Notes: generated from the sequence alone by a model not told the origin. A stretch of DNA of 62,539 nucleotides from an uncultured Candidatus Saccharibacteria bacterium (GCA_964479725.1 CAYZNF010000007.1:1-62539), one strand, 5' to 3'; shown: positions 47,372 through 57,563, counted from the stretch's first letter. Numbers and translations are program-made.

Positions 47372-48235
47372 ATGAAACCTGAAAATTTGAGGACAAAAAT
47401 ATTTTTGGACAGCGGAGATCCAGAAGAAACGCGGGAAGCAATAAAATTGCTGGGTTTTCTTGACGGCCAAACAACAAACCCTTCGTTGATTGCCAAAAAC
47501 CCCAATGCTAAAGAACGTCTGGAGGAAAATGAGAAATTTTCCCTCGCAGAGCTTTTAAGCTTGTATCGGGATGTTGTGGTGGAGATCTCTGGTCTTATTC
47601 CTGACGGCTCCATATCGGTGGAAGTATATGCTGACAATGCGGCAAAAGCGGAGGATATGATAGCGCAAGCAAGAGTCATGTCGCGCTGGGTGCCAAATGC
47701 CCATATTAAGTTCCCGGCGACAGCAGAAGGAATTAAAGCCGCAAAGCAGGCCTTAGCCGAAGGGATACGGGTAAATATGACCCTGTGTTTTTCCCAGGAG
47801 CAGGCGGCGGCCGTATATTCTGCTACAAAGGGGGCAAAAAGGGGAGAGGTGTTTGTTTCTCCTTTTGTTGGAAGGTTAGACGACCAGGGCGAAAACGGAG
47901 TGGATCTCGTTGAAAATATTTTGCGGATGTATGCAAGAGGAGATGGCCACGTTGAAGTGCTTGTTGCGTCAATACGCAATAAGGAGCATATGATGCGCTT
48001 GCTACAATTAAAGACGGATATTATTACTGCTCCATTGAAAGTTTTGCGGGAATGGGCAGAGCATGGGGTTGTGCTGCCTGAAAATTCTTATCGTTACCCC
48101 CTGGAAAATCGTTTGAGACTTCCTTATAATCCTCTGGATTTGAAGCAATCGTGGGAAAACTTTTCCCTGGAGCATAGCCTTACGGATAAGGGCATCGAAC
48201 GTTTTTGCGTCGATTGGAACAATCTTCTCGCATAA
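47372..48235 (+). CDS. tal: Transaldolase family protein
   Basis: IFLDSG, GQTTNPSL, HIKFPAT, VNMTLCFS, FVSPFVGRLDD, LVASIR. Confidence 0.92.
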   Translation: MKPENLRTKIFLDSGDPEETREAIKLLGFLDGQTTNPSLIAKNPNAKERLEENEKFSLAELLSLYRDVVVEISGLIPDGSISVEVYADNAAKAEDMIAQARVMSRWVPNAHIKFPATAEGIKAAKQALAEGIRVNMTLCFSQEQAAAVYSATKGAKRGEVFVSPFVGRLDDQGENGVDLVENILRMYARGDGHVEVLVASIRNKEHMMRLLQLKTDIITAPLKVLREWAEHGVVLPENSYRYPLENRLRLPYNPLDLKQSWENFSLEHSLTDKGIERFCVDWNNLLA

Positions 48236-48267
48236 TCGCGAATTTCGTGGTATCTTAAGGAGGAAAT

Positions 48268-49191
48268 ATGGAATACGATGTGGTGATTGTCGGCTCTGGC
48301 GCCGCAGGCCTTTCGGCGGCGTTGTATGCTGGCAGGTACAAACTGAAAACACTGGTTATCGAAGGAAAATTTGGCGGAGAAACGGCAACTGCCGGTGTTA
48401 TTTGGAATTACCCGGGCGTAAAAAACGTTGACGGGTATGACCTGATGAAAACAATGAAACAGCAGGCAAAGGATGTGGGAGTTGAGTTTATGGACGGTTT
48501 GGTGGAAAAAATAACTAGAGCGGATAAGAATTTTATTGTTTCGACAAAGAAAAAGGAGGTTTTAGCCAAATCCGTAATTTTGGCTATTGGCGCAAAACGC
48601 CGTCATCTAAATCTGCCAAATGAAGCGGAACTCACAGGCAAAGGCGTGCATTATTGCGTTACATGCGACGGGCCCTTGTTTGGGGGTAAAACAATTGCAA
48701 TGGTTGGAGGAGGGGATTCGTCGGTAAAAGGTATCAATTTTTTGGCAGACTATGCCGCGAAAATCTATTTTATCGTAAGGGATAATAAAATTACCGCCGA
48801 ACCCATCAACCGAGAGCAAATGGATAAGTTGGGAGATAGGGTGGAAATTCTTTTCGAGACTGCAATAAAAGAAATTGTGGGAAAAGATATGCTGGAGAAA
48901 GTTCTTCTTTCAAGACCATATAAAGGATCAGAAGAGCTTATGCTTGATGGGTTGTTTATCGAAATTGGTTTTGATCCCGACAAAACATTCGCAAACCAGC
49001 TTGACTTGCGTTTAAATCCTCAAGGATACATGGAAGTGGATAATCTTATGCAGACAAATGTTTCGGGTATATTTGCCGCGGGTGATGCTACGCTATTGTT
49101 CGGAGGGTTTAAGCAGGATATAACCGCGGCGGCTTTGGGCGCTGTTGCGGCCACTTCGGCTTATGAGTATATTAAGAAAATAGCATCGTAA
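48268..49191 (+). CDS. trxB: Thioredoxin reductase-family FAD oxidoreductase
   Basis: GSGAAG, NYPG, GKGVHYCVTCDG, VGGGDS, GIFAAGD. Confidence 0.9.
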   Translation: MEYDVVIVGSGAAGLSAALYAGRYKLKTLVIEGKFGGETATAGVIWNYPGVKNVDGYDLMKTMKQQAKDVGVEFMDGLVEKITRADKNFIVSTKKKEVLAKSVILAIGAKRRHLNLPNEAELTGKGVHYCVTCDGPLFGGKTIAMVGGGDSSVKGINFLADYAAKIYFIVRDNKITAEPINREQMDKLGDRVEILFETAIKEIVGKDMLEKVLLSRPYKGSEELMLDGLFIEIGFDPDKTFANQLDLRLNPQGYMEVDNLMQTNVSGIFAAGDATLLFGGFKQDITAAALGAVAATSAYEYIKKIAS

Positions 49192-49205
49192 AAATATAAA
49201 AAATC

Positions 49206-49856
49206 ATGAAAAGCATTCTTTTATGGGTAGGCGCTGGTTTTTTGGTAGTCGGAGGGCTTTTTGTCGTGTTAATGATAGCCAGCCCTTCTTCGACTGATTC
49301 GCAAGACATCGTTCTTGCTATTCCCGTATCGGAAAAAGACCATATAAAGGGTAACCCTTTAGCCAAGGTTACTCTTGTTGAATATGGGGATTTTCAGTGT
49401 CCTGCCTGCCGTGTATATGCTCCTACTGTGAAAAATTTGAGTACGGAATTCGGCGACCAGCTTCGCGTGGTTTACAGGCATTTTCCTCTTGTCCAGCATA
49501 AACAGGCGCCTCTTGCGGGACAAGCTTCGGAGGCCGCGGCTCTCCAAGGAAAATTTTGGGAAATGCACGACATACTGTATGAAAAACAGAATGAATGGGC
49601 GGGAAAAAGCGATGCTGAAGAAAAATTCGCGGGATACGCGACTTCCCTTGGGCTTGATGTCGAAAAATTCAAGCAGGATATGAAGTCCAACGACACGAAA
49701 AAGAAAATTGAGGATGACTTTGACGGCGGATTGCGATCCGGCATGCCCCAAGGAACCCCTACATTTTTCTTTCAAGATAAAAGGATAAATACTCCCCGCA
49801 CTTATGAAGAATTTGAAAAACTTATTAACAAAGCCTTGGCTCAAACCAATTCCTAA
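49206..49856 (+). CDS. Membrane-anchored DsbA-family protein
   Basis: EYGDFQCPAC, YRHFPL, GTPTFF. Confidence 0.92.
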   Translation: MKSILLWVGAGFLVVGGLFVVLMIASPSSTDSQDIVLAIPVSEKDHIKGNPLAKVTLVEYGDFQCPACRVYAPTVKNLSTEFGDQLRVVYRHFPLVQHKQAPLAGQASEAAALQGKFWEMHDILYEKQNEWAGKSDAEEKFAGYATSLGLDVEKFKQDMKSNDTKKKIEDDFDGGLRSGMPQGTPTFFFQDKRINTPRTYEEFEKLINKALAQTNS

Positions 49857-50286
49857 GTGGATTGTCGCAGTATTGTTTTTTGCGGCACTGGTGGGGTTTC
49901 TCGATTCTTTTTATCTGACTCTCCAGCGGTATATGGGGTTTGAGATTTCTTGTACTATTTTGGAGGGGTGTAATCAGGTAAGCCAAAGCGCGTATTCGGC
50001 GATTTTCGGCATACCCCTTTCTTTAGTCGGCTGTATCTATTATTTTTTGATGCTTCTGTGCGGTATTGCGTTGTTTGATGGAAAGCGCCCGGCGTTCCTT
50101 TTGGTCATTGTCTTACTTTCGGGGCTTGGGGTTGCCAGTGCGGCATGGCTTTTGTATGCCCAGGCATTTTTAATAAAGGCTTTCTGCATATACTGCCTGC
50201 TGTCGGCGGTTGCCTCACTGGTCTTACTGGCAACGTCTTTTATTTCATACAAAGTTTATGCAGGTTTCTTAAATGACAGACATTAA
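49804..50286 (+). CDS. Vitamin K epoxide reductase (VKOR) family protein
   Basis: C-x5-C..V..S, IFGIPLSLVG, FCIYCLLS. Confidence 0.9.
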   Translation: MKNLKNLLTKPWLKPIPKWIVAVLFFAALVGFLDSFYLTLQRYMGFEISCTILEGCNQVSQSAYSAIFGIPLSLVGCIYYFLMLLCGIALFDGKRPAFLLVIVLLSGLGVASAAWLLYAQAFLIKAFCIYCLLSAVASLVLLATSFISYKVYAGFLNDRH

Positions 50287-51109
50287 AAATGCTTCAGGAG
50301 AGGTTGAACGGTTTGAACAGCAAAAACTTTGCAATTCTCTTCAAAAGGCCGGGGCTCCTCCTGATTTAGTAAACAAAGTGTGCCAGAGAGTAGAGCATGA
50401 GGTTGTAGAGTGCGCCACCACCGAAGATATTTTCAAGCGTGCTTACCATTATTTGGCAAAAGAAAATCTTGCCGCTGCAGCGCGATACCGTCTGCGGCGC
50501 GCGTTGATGGATTTGGGTCCAGCGGGTTTTTTGTTTGAGCAGTATATTGAAGCAATCCTGCGCCAGTATGGGTACAAAACAAAAAGGGATGTCATAGTAA
50601 AGGGGCATTGCGTTGCGCATGAGATTGATATTTTGGCAAATTCCGACAGTGCACATTATTTTATTGAAGCAAAATATCATAATGAGCGTGGATTGAAGAC
50701 GGACGTAAAGACTGTTATGTATATGTATGCCAGGATTCTTGACATTGCCAAGGCGGAAGAATCCCGTGAGTCAGTAAAAATTTCCCATAAGGCTTGGCTG
50801 GTAACCAATACGAAATTTACCACGAATGCCATACAGTACGCCGTCTGCATGGATATAAAGCTCACGGGATGGAATTATCCCGCAGGAGAAAGTTTGGAAG
50901 CTTTGATAGTCAAAAAAAACCTGTATCCTGTAACCGTGTTAAAATCTATGGATAAAGCCTCAAGAGAGCAGTTTGCCAAGAACAATCTGATGTTTGCCAA
51001 GGATATTTTGCGTTATTCAGACAATGAGCTTGTTTCGCGCTTTGGGGTGGCTACAAAAGCCGCCAGGCGTATCACGCAAGAAGTCGAAGCATTAATCCAT
51101 CCGCTATAA
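50273..51109 (+). CDS. ATP-cone plus Mrr-type restriction-endonuclease-fold protein
   Basis: KNASGEVERFEQQKL.NSL..AGA (ATP cone); GFLFEQY, HEIDI, IEAKYH, LVTNTKFT. Confidence 0.85.
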   Translation: MTDIKNASGEVERFEQQKLCNSLQKAGAPPDLVNKVCQRVEHEVVECATTEDIFKRAYHYLAKENLAAAARYRLRRALMDLGPAGFLFEQYIEAILRQYGYKTKRDVIVKGHCVAHEIDILANSDSAHYFIEAKYHNERGLKTDVKTVMYMYARILDIAKAEESRESVKISHKAWLVTNTKFTTNAIQYAVCMDIKLTGWNYPAGESLEALIVKKNLYPVTVLKSMDKASREQFAKNNLMFAKDILRYSDNELVSRFGVATKAARRITQEVEALIHPL

Positions 51110-51111
51110 AT

Positions 51112-51612
51112 ATGAAAATTCAAAAACAGAAAAATATAGCGGGAGTTTTATTGTTCGTGGTGCTAGGGGGAGTAGTTCTTGGAGGCATTGTATTTTTGCT
51201 GTTTGGCAGTTTTGCAAACCAAAATAATTCTCCAAGCGGCAATTCTCAAAATCCTGACGGAGTAATATCCAACAACGGCTTGCATTGGCACGCGCGTTTG
51301 GCAATTAAAATAAAGGGTGAGAATCGGGATATTCCGGCAAATATGGGTTTGGGAGCGGTGCATAATCCCATACACACCCATGACAGTACCGGCGAAATAC
51401 ACTATGAATTTGGCGGCACCGTACGAGAGCAGGACATAAAGCTAAAGAAATTTTTTGATGCGTGGGGAAAGCAGTTTTCGAGTACATGCGTCCTTGATCG
51501 TTGCAATGGGCCCGAGGGGCAGGTTAAAATGCTCGTGAATGGCGTTCCAAACAACGAATTCGAAAACTACATTCCCAAAAACGGGGACAATATAGAGATT
51601 GTGTTTGAATAA
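51112..51612 (+). CDS. Membrane-anchored His-rich hypothetical protein
   Basis: TM; LHWHARL, IPANMG, PIHTHDSTGEIHYE, C-x4-C. Confidence 0.75.
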   Translation: MKIQKQKNIAGVLLFVVLGGVVLGGIVFLLFGSFANQNNSPSGNSQNPDGVISNNGLHWHARLAIKIKGENRDIPANMGLGAVHNPIHTHDSTGEIHYEFGGTVREQDIKLKKFFDAWGKQFSSTCVLDRCNGPEGQVKMLVNGVPNNEFENYIPKNGDNIEIVFE

Positions 51613-51633
51613 CCATAGTTAATTTTATATTCT

Positions 51634-51672
51634 GGCTATGCAGAAATTGGACGATCGTGAGTTTTTTGTATA
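51634..51672. repeat. CACGATCGTG-family repeat (copy 4), solo, one core mismatch
   Basis: GGCTATGCAGAAATTGGACGATCGTGAGTTTTTTGTATA. Confidence 0.7.
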
Positions 51673-51708
51673 TCTAAAAAACAGTAATTTTGGCGCTAAT
51701 TAGACATA

Positions 51709-52137
51709 ATGAAAGCGATACTTTTCGATTTGTTTGGAGTGGTGGTGATTCCTGAAAGGGGATTGGGTACATCAAAAGATTTAAAGATTGATGGACGGAT
51801 GAGTGAAAAAATTCAAGAGTTAAAAGCAGCAGGTGTGCAATGCTATGCCGCTACTAATTTGGAAAAATCTGTTGTTGATTATCTTGCAGAAGAAAAAGGA
51901 TTGAAAAAACTTTTCGACGGGATTTTTTCTTCTTCGTCGGTGGGATATTCAAAAAGCGATCCCAAATTTTTTGAGACTGTTTTGGCGCTAATTGGCAATC
52001 CGCTCCCAGAAGAAGTGCTGTTTTGGGATGATTCTATTGAGAATGTGGAGATAGCAAGAAGCCTGGGCATTAAGGCGGAACTTTATACAAGTTTCGATGA
52101 TTTTCAAAAGAAAATGAAAGAACTCGCAAGTTCTTAG
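51709..52137 (+). CDS. HAD-superfamily hydrolase (cap-less)
   Basis: ILFDLFGV, ATN, SKSDPKFF, FWDDSIENV. Confidence 0.85.
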   Translation: MKAILFDLFGVVVIPERGLGTSKDLKIDGRMSEKIQELKAAGVQCYAATNLEKSVVDYLAEEKGLKKLFDGIFSSSSVGYSKSDPKFFETVLALIGNPLPEEVLFWDDSIENVEIARSLGIKAELYTSFDDFQKKMKELASS

Positions 52138-52167
52138 TGTTTGATACTCGCGTAGTGAAATGGAACA

Positions 52168-52680
52168 ATGTCAAAAAAAATACTGTTGAATGTAAAACCT
52201 TTTCAAGAAACTCTTCATGGAGGGTATTGCGGGCCGGCAAGCTTGAAAATTGTGCTGGCGTATTTTAGCGTGGAAAAGAGCGAAGAAGAAATTGCGGAAT
52301 TGTGCGGAAGAGATTCTGAATTGGGAACGGATGACGCAGGATTGAAAAACGCGGCGGAGCATTATGGATTTAAGGTAGAAATAAAAAATAATGCTGAATT
52401 TGCGGATATTGAAGAATGGCTGAAAAGAAAAGTGCCTGTCATTGTAGATTGGTTTACGAGAGGTCGTTCTGATTATTCTGATTCTGAAGTTGCAGATGGC
52501 CACTATTCTGTCGTTGCAGGATTAGATGATGAAAATATTTATCTCCAAGATCCTGAAATAGGCGGGATGCGGGTTATAGATCGTGATGATTTTATGAAAG
52601 TTTGGTTTGATTTCAGTGGCAAATATATTACTTCGTGGGACGATATGATTATCCGCCAAATTATTGCGGTTTATAAATGA
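52168..52680 (+). CDS. Peptidase C39-like cysteine protease
   Basis: FQET...YCGPASL, PVIVDW, GHYSVV, LQDP. Confidence 0.85.
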   Translation: MSKKILLNVKPFQETLHGGYCGPASLKIVLAYFSVEKSEEEIAELCGRDSELGTDDAGLKNAAEHYGFKVEIKNNAEFADIEEWLKRKVPVIVDWFTRGRSDYSDSEVADGHYSVVAGLDDENIYLQDPEIGGMRVIDRDDFMKVWFDFSGKYITSWDDMIIRQIIAVYK

Positions 52681-52681
52681 T

Positions 52682-52900
52682 ATGGATTTGCCATTCGGAG
52701 TTTATGAACACTATAAAGGAAAGCGATATCGGGTGATTGGAGTGGCAAAGCATAGTGAAATGCTAGAGGATCTTGTGGTGTATGAAGCCCTCTACGAAAA
52801 TCCTAAATCAAAGCTTTGGGTAAGGCCTCTCGAAATGTTTTTGGCGGAAGTTGATGTTGCGGGGAAAAGGACTCCTCGATTTAGCTATATTGGATCATAA
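52682..52900 (+). CDS. DUF1653 family protein
   Basis: GVYEHYKGKRY.VIGVAKHSE...VVYEALY...WVRPLEMF. Confidence 0.9.
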   Translation: MDLPFGVYEHYKGKRYRVIGVAKHSEMLEDLVVYEALYENPKSKLWVRPLEMFLAEVDVAGKRTPRFSYIGS

Positions 52901-52967
52901 GAAGCAGGCTAGAAAATTTGCCATTTCTCAAGTATAGTAAAAAGAAAGTATGTTACCCTGGTAATGT

Positions 52968-53663
52968 ATGGATAATCCCATTCTGTCAGTCAAAAATCTT
53001 AGTGTACAATTTAATGGAGAGAAAATACTGTCCGACATTGCTTTTTCTTTAGAAAAAGGAATGGCAATGGCTATTGTAGGACCCAATGGAGCCGGGAAAA
53101 GCGTTTTATTTAAGGCTCTTTTGGGATTGATTCCTTATTCGGGGGAAATTGTCTGGCAAAAAGGAATTAAAGTAGGCTATGTGCCCCAGCGACTCGCGGT
53201 AGATCATGAACTTCCCCTAAGCGTGCGTGAGTTTTTGCGGTTGAAAGGAAACGAAAAAGAAATACAGGAAGCTCTTTCGTTGGTAGACATTCATGACGCT
53301 TTATTGCTTAATCGTCCTTTTGGATTTTTGTCGGGAGGAGAGATTCAAAGAGTACTGGTGGCCTGGGCGATTATTGGAAACCCCGATGTATTATTGTTTG
53401 ATGAGCCGGTTGCCGGAATTGATTTGGGCGGGGAGGAAACAATTTATAATCTTATGTTTCGTTTGCACACCGAAAGAGGTCTTACTTTGTTGCTTATTTC
53501 CCACGATATCGATATTGTGTATCGTTATACCGATACAGTGCTTTGCTTAAATAAGATTCCCGTGTGTTTTGGCAAACCCGAAGAAGCTCTGACGGCCGAG
53601 AGCCTGGGAAAACTGTATGGAGCTGCGGCATTAGTCCGCCATCAGCATCGCAAAAATGCATAA
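52968..53663 (+). CDS. znuC: Zn/Mn ABC transporter ATPase
   Basis: GPNGAGKS, GYVPQ, LSGGE, LLFDEP, ISHD, His-containing tail. Confidence 0.88.
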   Translation: MDNPILSVKNLSVQFNGEKILSDIAFSLEKGMAMAIVGPNGAGKSVLFKALLGLIPYSGEIVWQKGIKVGYVPQRLAVDHELPLSVREFLRLKGNEKEIQEALSLVDIHDALLLNRPFGFLSGGEIQRVLVAWAIIGNPDVLLFDEPVAGIDLGGEETIYNLMFRLHTERGLTLLLISHDIDIVYRYTDTVLCLNKIPVCFGKPEEALTAESLGKLYGAAALVRHQHRKNA

Positions 53664-53671
53664 TTATTTAT

Positions 53672-54457
53672 ATGATTTCTTTTGATCAAACATTATTGCT
53701 TGCATTAGCATCCGGAAGTTTTATTGGAGCTGCGGCAGGGTATCTTGGGTCTTTTATGGTATTGAGGCGCATGGCTTTGGTGGGGGATGCGCTTTCTCAT
53801 GTGGCTCTGCCTGGAATAGCAATTGCTTTGCTGCTCGAGATCAATCCCTTTATAGGGGCGTTCCTGTTTTTATTTGTAGCGGCGCTAGCTATATGGGGCA
53901 TTGAAGAAAAAACGAAACTGCCTACCGAAGCTTTAGTCGGAGTTTTTTTTACGCTAAGCCTAGCCATTGGAGTGCTTATAACCCCTGAACCCGAGCTCCT
54001 GGAAGCTTTGTTTGGCAACATCGAAGGGGTGGGAATCTTTGACGCGCTTATGGGAATTGTCCTTGCAATAACAGTTTTTGCAATTGCGTACTTGATTAAA
54101 AAGGGGTTATTGCTGGGAATAGTTTCACGCGATTTGGCGGAGTCATCTCGTATCCCGACAAGGCTTATCAATTTGATTTTTCTGCTTTTGGTAACCACTG
54201 TGGTGGCGTTGGGGGTGAAGGTAGTTGGAACTCTTCTTATGGGAGCTATGGTAGTGGTGCCGGCTGTCGCAGCAAAAAACTTTTCCCATCAGTTTGGAGC
54301 TTTTTCTTTTTTGAGTGTTTTATTTGGAACAGCAAGCGTGGTCGGCGGGATCATTCTTGCTAACTTGTACAATCTTTCTCCTGGTCCCGTTATTGTATTA
54401 GTTTCGGTAATGTTTTTTGTGATATCTCTTATTGCACGGCTCGTTCGCAAAGGCTAA
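53672..54457 (+). CDS. znuB: Zn/Mn ABC transporter permease
   Basis: RRMALVGDALSHVALPG, LFGNI, KVVGTLL, PGPVIV. Confidence 0.9.
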   Translation: MISFDQTLLLALASGSFIGAAAGYLGSFMVLRRMALVGDALSHVALPGIAIALLLEINPFIGAFLFLFVAALAIWGIEEKTKLPTEALVGVFFTLSLAIGVLITPEPELLEALFGNIEGVGIFDALMGIVLAITVFAIAYLIKKGLLLGIVSRDLAESSRIPTRLINLIFLLLVTTVVALGVKVVGTLLMGAMVVVPAVAAKNFSHQFGAFSFLSVLFGTASVVGGIILANLYNLSPGPVIVLVSVMFFVISLIARLVRKG

Positions 54458-54461
54458 TAAT

Positions 54462-56606
54462 ATGGCAAACGAAAATCTTAAAGTTTTATATACCTGTCCT
54501 ATGCACCCCGAAGTTATGCAGGATAGGCCTGGGATGTGCCCAGAATGCGGAATGCAGCTCGTGAAACATACAGCGCACAGCGCGAAACACGAAACGCAAG
54601 ATAAATCCTCCTTCGCTAAAGCTTCGGCGGGTAAACATGCAGGACATTCTACGGCAATGTTTTTTAGAAAATTCTGGGTAAGTTTCATTTTGACTGTTCC
54701 GGTTATTCTCTATTCTGATATTTTTCGAAATCTATTTGGTTTTGGTCTTCCGACCCTGGAAATCGGAAATTTGAAATTGGAAATTATGATCCCGGCTATG
54801 CTGGGTTCAATAGTTTTTTTCTATGGCGGCTGGGTTTTTCTCGCTGGAGCATGGAGAGAAATTCAAGGCAAATTGCCTGGCATGATGACTCTCATTGGCA
54901 TTGCGGTTACCTCTGCATATCTTTGGAGCGTCTATGCGGTATTTACAGGCGCTGAAGCTTTGTTTTGGGAACTCACGACTTTGGTTACCATCATGCTGCT
55001 TGGCCATTGGCTGGAGATGCGGGCTGTTTCAGGAGCTCAAGGTGCGCTAAAGGAATTATCAAAATTGCTTCCGGATACCGCCGAACTGATTCGCAATGGA
55101 CAGACACAAATCATCCCTCTTTCTGAGCTTCGAGAGAATGACGTCGTGCTCGTGCGGCCGGGAGCAAAAATACCAGCCGACGGAAAAATCGTAGACGGGG
55201 ATTCGGATGTAAACGAATCAATGATAACAGGGGAGTCAAGGCCGGTTTCAAAAAAAACAGGCGATTCTGTTATTGCCGGCACCATCAACGGCGACGGAGC
55301 GCTTAAAATTAAAGTTGTCAGCATCGGAGAAAAAACATTTCTTTCGGGCGTCATGCGTTTGGTAGCCGAAGCCCAAGCATCAAAATCACGCCTTCAAATG
55401 CTTTCAGATAGAGCAGCTTTTTATTTAACCATTATTGCAGTTGTGGGAGGTTTTGTAACGTTGGTTGCATGGATTCTAGCTGATTCAGAGTTTAGTTTTG
55501 CGGTAGCTCGTCTTGTTGCTGTGCTTGTTATTGCTTGTCCGCATGCCTTGGGCCTTGCAATACCTCTGGTGGCTTCGATTTCTACAACCAAAGCTGCGCA
55601 AAACGGTTTCCTTGTAAAACAAAGACTTAGTTTGGAGGCTGCACGAACTATTGATACGGTGCTTTTTGACAAAACCGGAACTTTAACAAAAGGAGAATTC
55701 GGAGTTGTTGGGATGTGGGGTGTGCAGGGGCACAAGGAAGAGGAAGTCTTAAGGCTTGCAGCTTCTCTTGATACTTTGTCTGAACACCCTATTGCAAAAG
55801 CTGTTGTTGGTAAGGCTAAGGAATTAGGGTTTACTCTTTTGAGTCCTAAAAAATTTGAGGCAATCAAAGGTAGGGGGGTCAAAGCTCTGCTTGAAGATAG
55901 GGAGGTTATGGCGGGAGGGCCAGCGCTTCTTGAAAACGAAAATATTGCTATTCCCCAAGAGCTTTTGGGGCGAGTTCAGGATGCTGGCAAAAAAGGGCAA
56001 ACTGTTGTTTTCGTCTTGCAAGAAAAAACACTCATAGGCATGATTGCTCTCGCTGACATAATCAGAGAAGAATCTCGTGAAGCAGTGAAGGCATTGAAGG
56101 ATATGGGTGTCCGTACCGCAATGATCACCGGAGACTCTGAAGATGTTGCGAAATGGGTCAGCCATGAATTGGGGATTGATGAATACTTTGCAAGAGTATT
56201 GCCTCATCAAAAATCAGAAAAGGTGAAGGAGCTCCAAGAGAGAGGCCTGCGTGTGGCTATGGTGGGGGATGGTATCAACGATGCGCCGGCCCTTACTCGA
56301 GCTGATCTTGGAATTGCCATTGGAGCTGGCACGAATATCGCTATTGAATCGGCCGGAATTATCTTAGTCCGCAATGATCCTCGGGATATCGTAAAAATTG
56401 TTAAGCTGTCTCGCATGACGTATTCAAAAATGATCCAAAATCTATTCTGGGCGACCGGCTACAATATTATTGCATTGCCTTTGGCGGCAGGCGCTCTTGT
56501 ATTTAAAGGCATTCTGCTTGAACCGGCTGTTGCAGCCGGCCTAATGTCGGTTAGCACGGTTATCGTGGCAGTGAACGCGCTTTTGCTTCGAAAATCCCGA
56601 CTCTAA
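54462..56606 (+). CDS. copB: P1B-3 (CopB-type) heavy-metal P-type ATPase with N-terminal HMBD
   Basis: YTCPMHP...CPECGM, TGES, CPHALG, DKTGTLT, SEHP, GDGINDAPAL, YN, MSVST. Confidence 0.92.
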   Translation: MANENLKVLYTCPMHPEVMQDRPGMCPECGMQLVKHTAHSAKHETQDKSSFAKASAGKHAGHSTAMFFRKFWVSFILTVPVILYSDIFRNLFGFGLPTLEIGNLKLEIMIPAMLGSIVFFYGGWVFLAGAWREIQGKLPGMMTLIGIAVTSAYLWSVYAVFTGAEALFWELTTLVTIMLLGHWLEMRAVSGAQGALKELSKLLPDTAELIRNGQTQIIPLSELRENDVVLVRPGAKIPADGKIVDGDSDVNESMITGESRPVSKKTGDSVIAGTINGDGALKIKVVSIGEKTFLSGVMRLVAEAQASKSRLQMLSDRAAFYLTIIAVVGGFVTLVAWILADSEFSFAVARLVAVLVIACPHALGLAIPLVASISTTKAAQNGFLVKQRLSLEAARTIDTVLFDKTGTLTKGEFGVVGMWGVQGHKEEEVLRLAASLDTLSEHPIAKAVVGKAKELGFTLLSPKKFEAIKGRGVKALLEDREVMAGGPALLENENIAIPQELLGRVQDAGKKGQTVVFVLQEKTLIGMIALADIIREESREAVKALKDMGVRTAMITGDSEDVAKWVSHELGIDEYFARVLPHQKSEKVKELQERGLRVAMVGDGINDAPALTRADLGIAIGAGTNIAIESAGIILVRNDPRDIVKIVKLSRMTYSKMIQNLFWATGYNIIALPLAAGALVFKGILLEPAVAAGLMSVSTVIVAVNALLLRKSRL
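54606..54631. repeat. Palindromic mini-element in frame in copB
   Basis: TCCTCCTTCGCTAAAGCTTCGGCGGG encodes SSFAKASAG; 17-nt exact match (54615-54631) to 42361-42377. Confidence 0.8.
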
Positions 56607-56706
56607 CTCGTTTTTTTAAATTATTTTTAATCCGGCACCTAAAAGTGTCAAGTTTTTGCGTTTCATACGTTATATATGTATAAGACCATATTCAAACGGA
56701 TTTTTC

Positions 56707-56859
56707 ATGAATACCAGCGAGGCAATGATTTTGCTAGCTGTCCTCTTCGCCATTGTGATGAGCGCTTTGACAAGCTGGCGAAGTAATACCCAGACCGAAA
56801 AAGCCGTGGTGTCTTCGCGTGTCGGAAAAATCCTTGCCCGATTCGGAATTTTTCTCTAA
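56707..56859 (+). CDS. Possible small membrane protein (50 aa)
   Basis: Hydrophobic N-terminus; convergent with HU; no family recognised. Confidence 0.4.
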   Translation: MNTSEAMILLAVLFAIVMSALTSWRSNTQTEKAVVSSRVGKILARFGIFL

Positions 56860-56926
56860 ATGTCGCGCTTAACCAAAAACTCCGCTCAAGAAGCGGAGAT
56901 TTTGGTGTAGTGGAAAACAGACACTC

Positions 56927-57202
56927 TTATTTTTTAAAGGCGTCTTTAAGTGTTTTTCCGGCGCTGAACTTGGGGACGATAGCCGCTTTGATTTGGATCT
57001 TTTCGCCGGTTTTTGGATTTATGCCTTGTCTTGCCGAGCGCTTTGAGGTTTTGAACGTCCCAAAGCCGGTAAGCGTAAGGGTATCGCCCTTCTTTAGGGT
57101 TGTCTTGACCGTTTCAATGAAGGAATCCAATGCTTTATTGGCTTGCGTCTTGGCAATACCCGCTGTTTGCGCCATTGTGTCTATAAGCTGATCTTTTGTC
57201 AT
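56927..57202 (-). CDS. hup: HU family DNA-binding protein
   Basis: MTKDQLI, LTGFGTF, RQGINPKTGEKIQI, PKFSAGKTLK. Confidence 0.97.
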   Translation of the reverse strand: MTKDQLIDTMAQTAGIAKTQANKALDSFIETVKTTLKKGDTLTLTGFGTFKTSKRSARQGINPKTGEKIQIKAAIVPKFSAGKTLKDAFKK

Positions 57203-57401
57203 AGTGTTTTCGAATACGGATTATAGGTTGCTTGCGACCTTTACAGCTATTATACTCAAAAATAGCAGAAAAGCACTAGAGCTGGGAGTTTTTGCAAAAA
57301 AAGGTTTAGAGCTTTCAGCCTTATCTTGACTGTACTTTTGAGTTTATCTGTGGTATGCTGAAATAAAGAATAACTAACTATTAAACGCAATTACTCCACT
57401 T

Positions 57402-57563
57402 ATGGAAGCATACTGCGTCAAGTGCAAAGCGAAAAAAGAAATGGCAGACGCCGTTTCTACAGAAATTAATGCCAGGGGAGGCGGAAAAAGGCCCGCGATG
57501 AAGGGAAAGTGCCCCACTTGCGGTAAGGTTATGATGAGAATATTGCCAAAAGCAACTGCGTAA
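57402..57563 (+). CDS. DUF5679-like small Zn-ribbon protein (53 aa), not in the ORF track
   Basis: Manual translation MEAYCVKCKAKKEMADAVSTEINARGGGKRPAMKGKCPTCGKVMMRILPKATA. Confidence 0.85.
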   Translation: MEAYCVKCKAKKEMADAVSTEINARGGGKRPAMKGKCPTCGKVMMRILPKATA

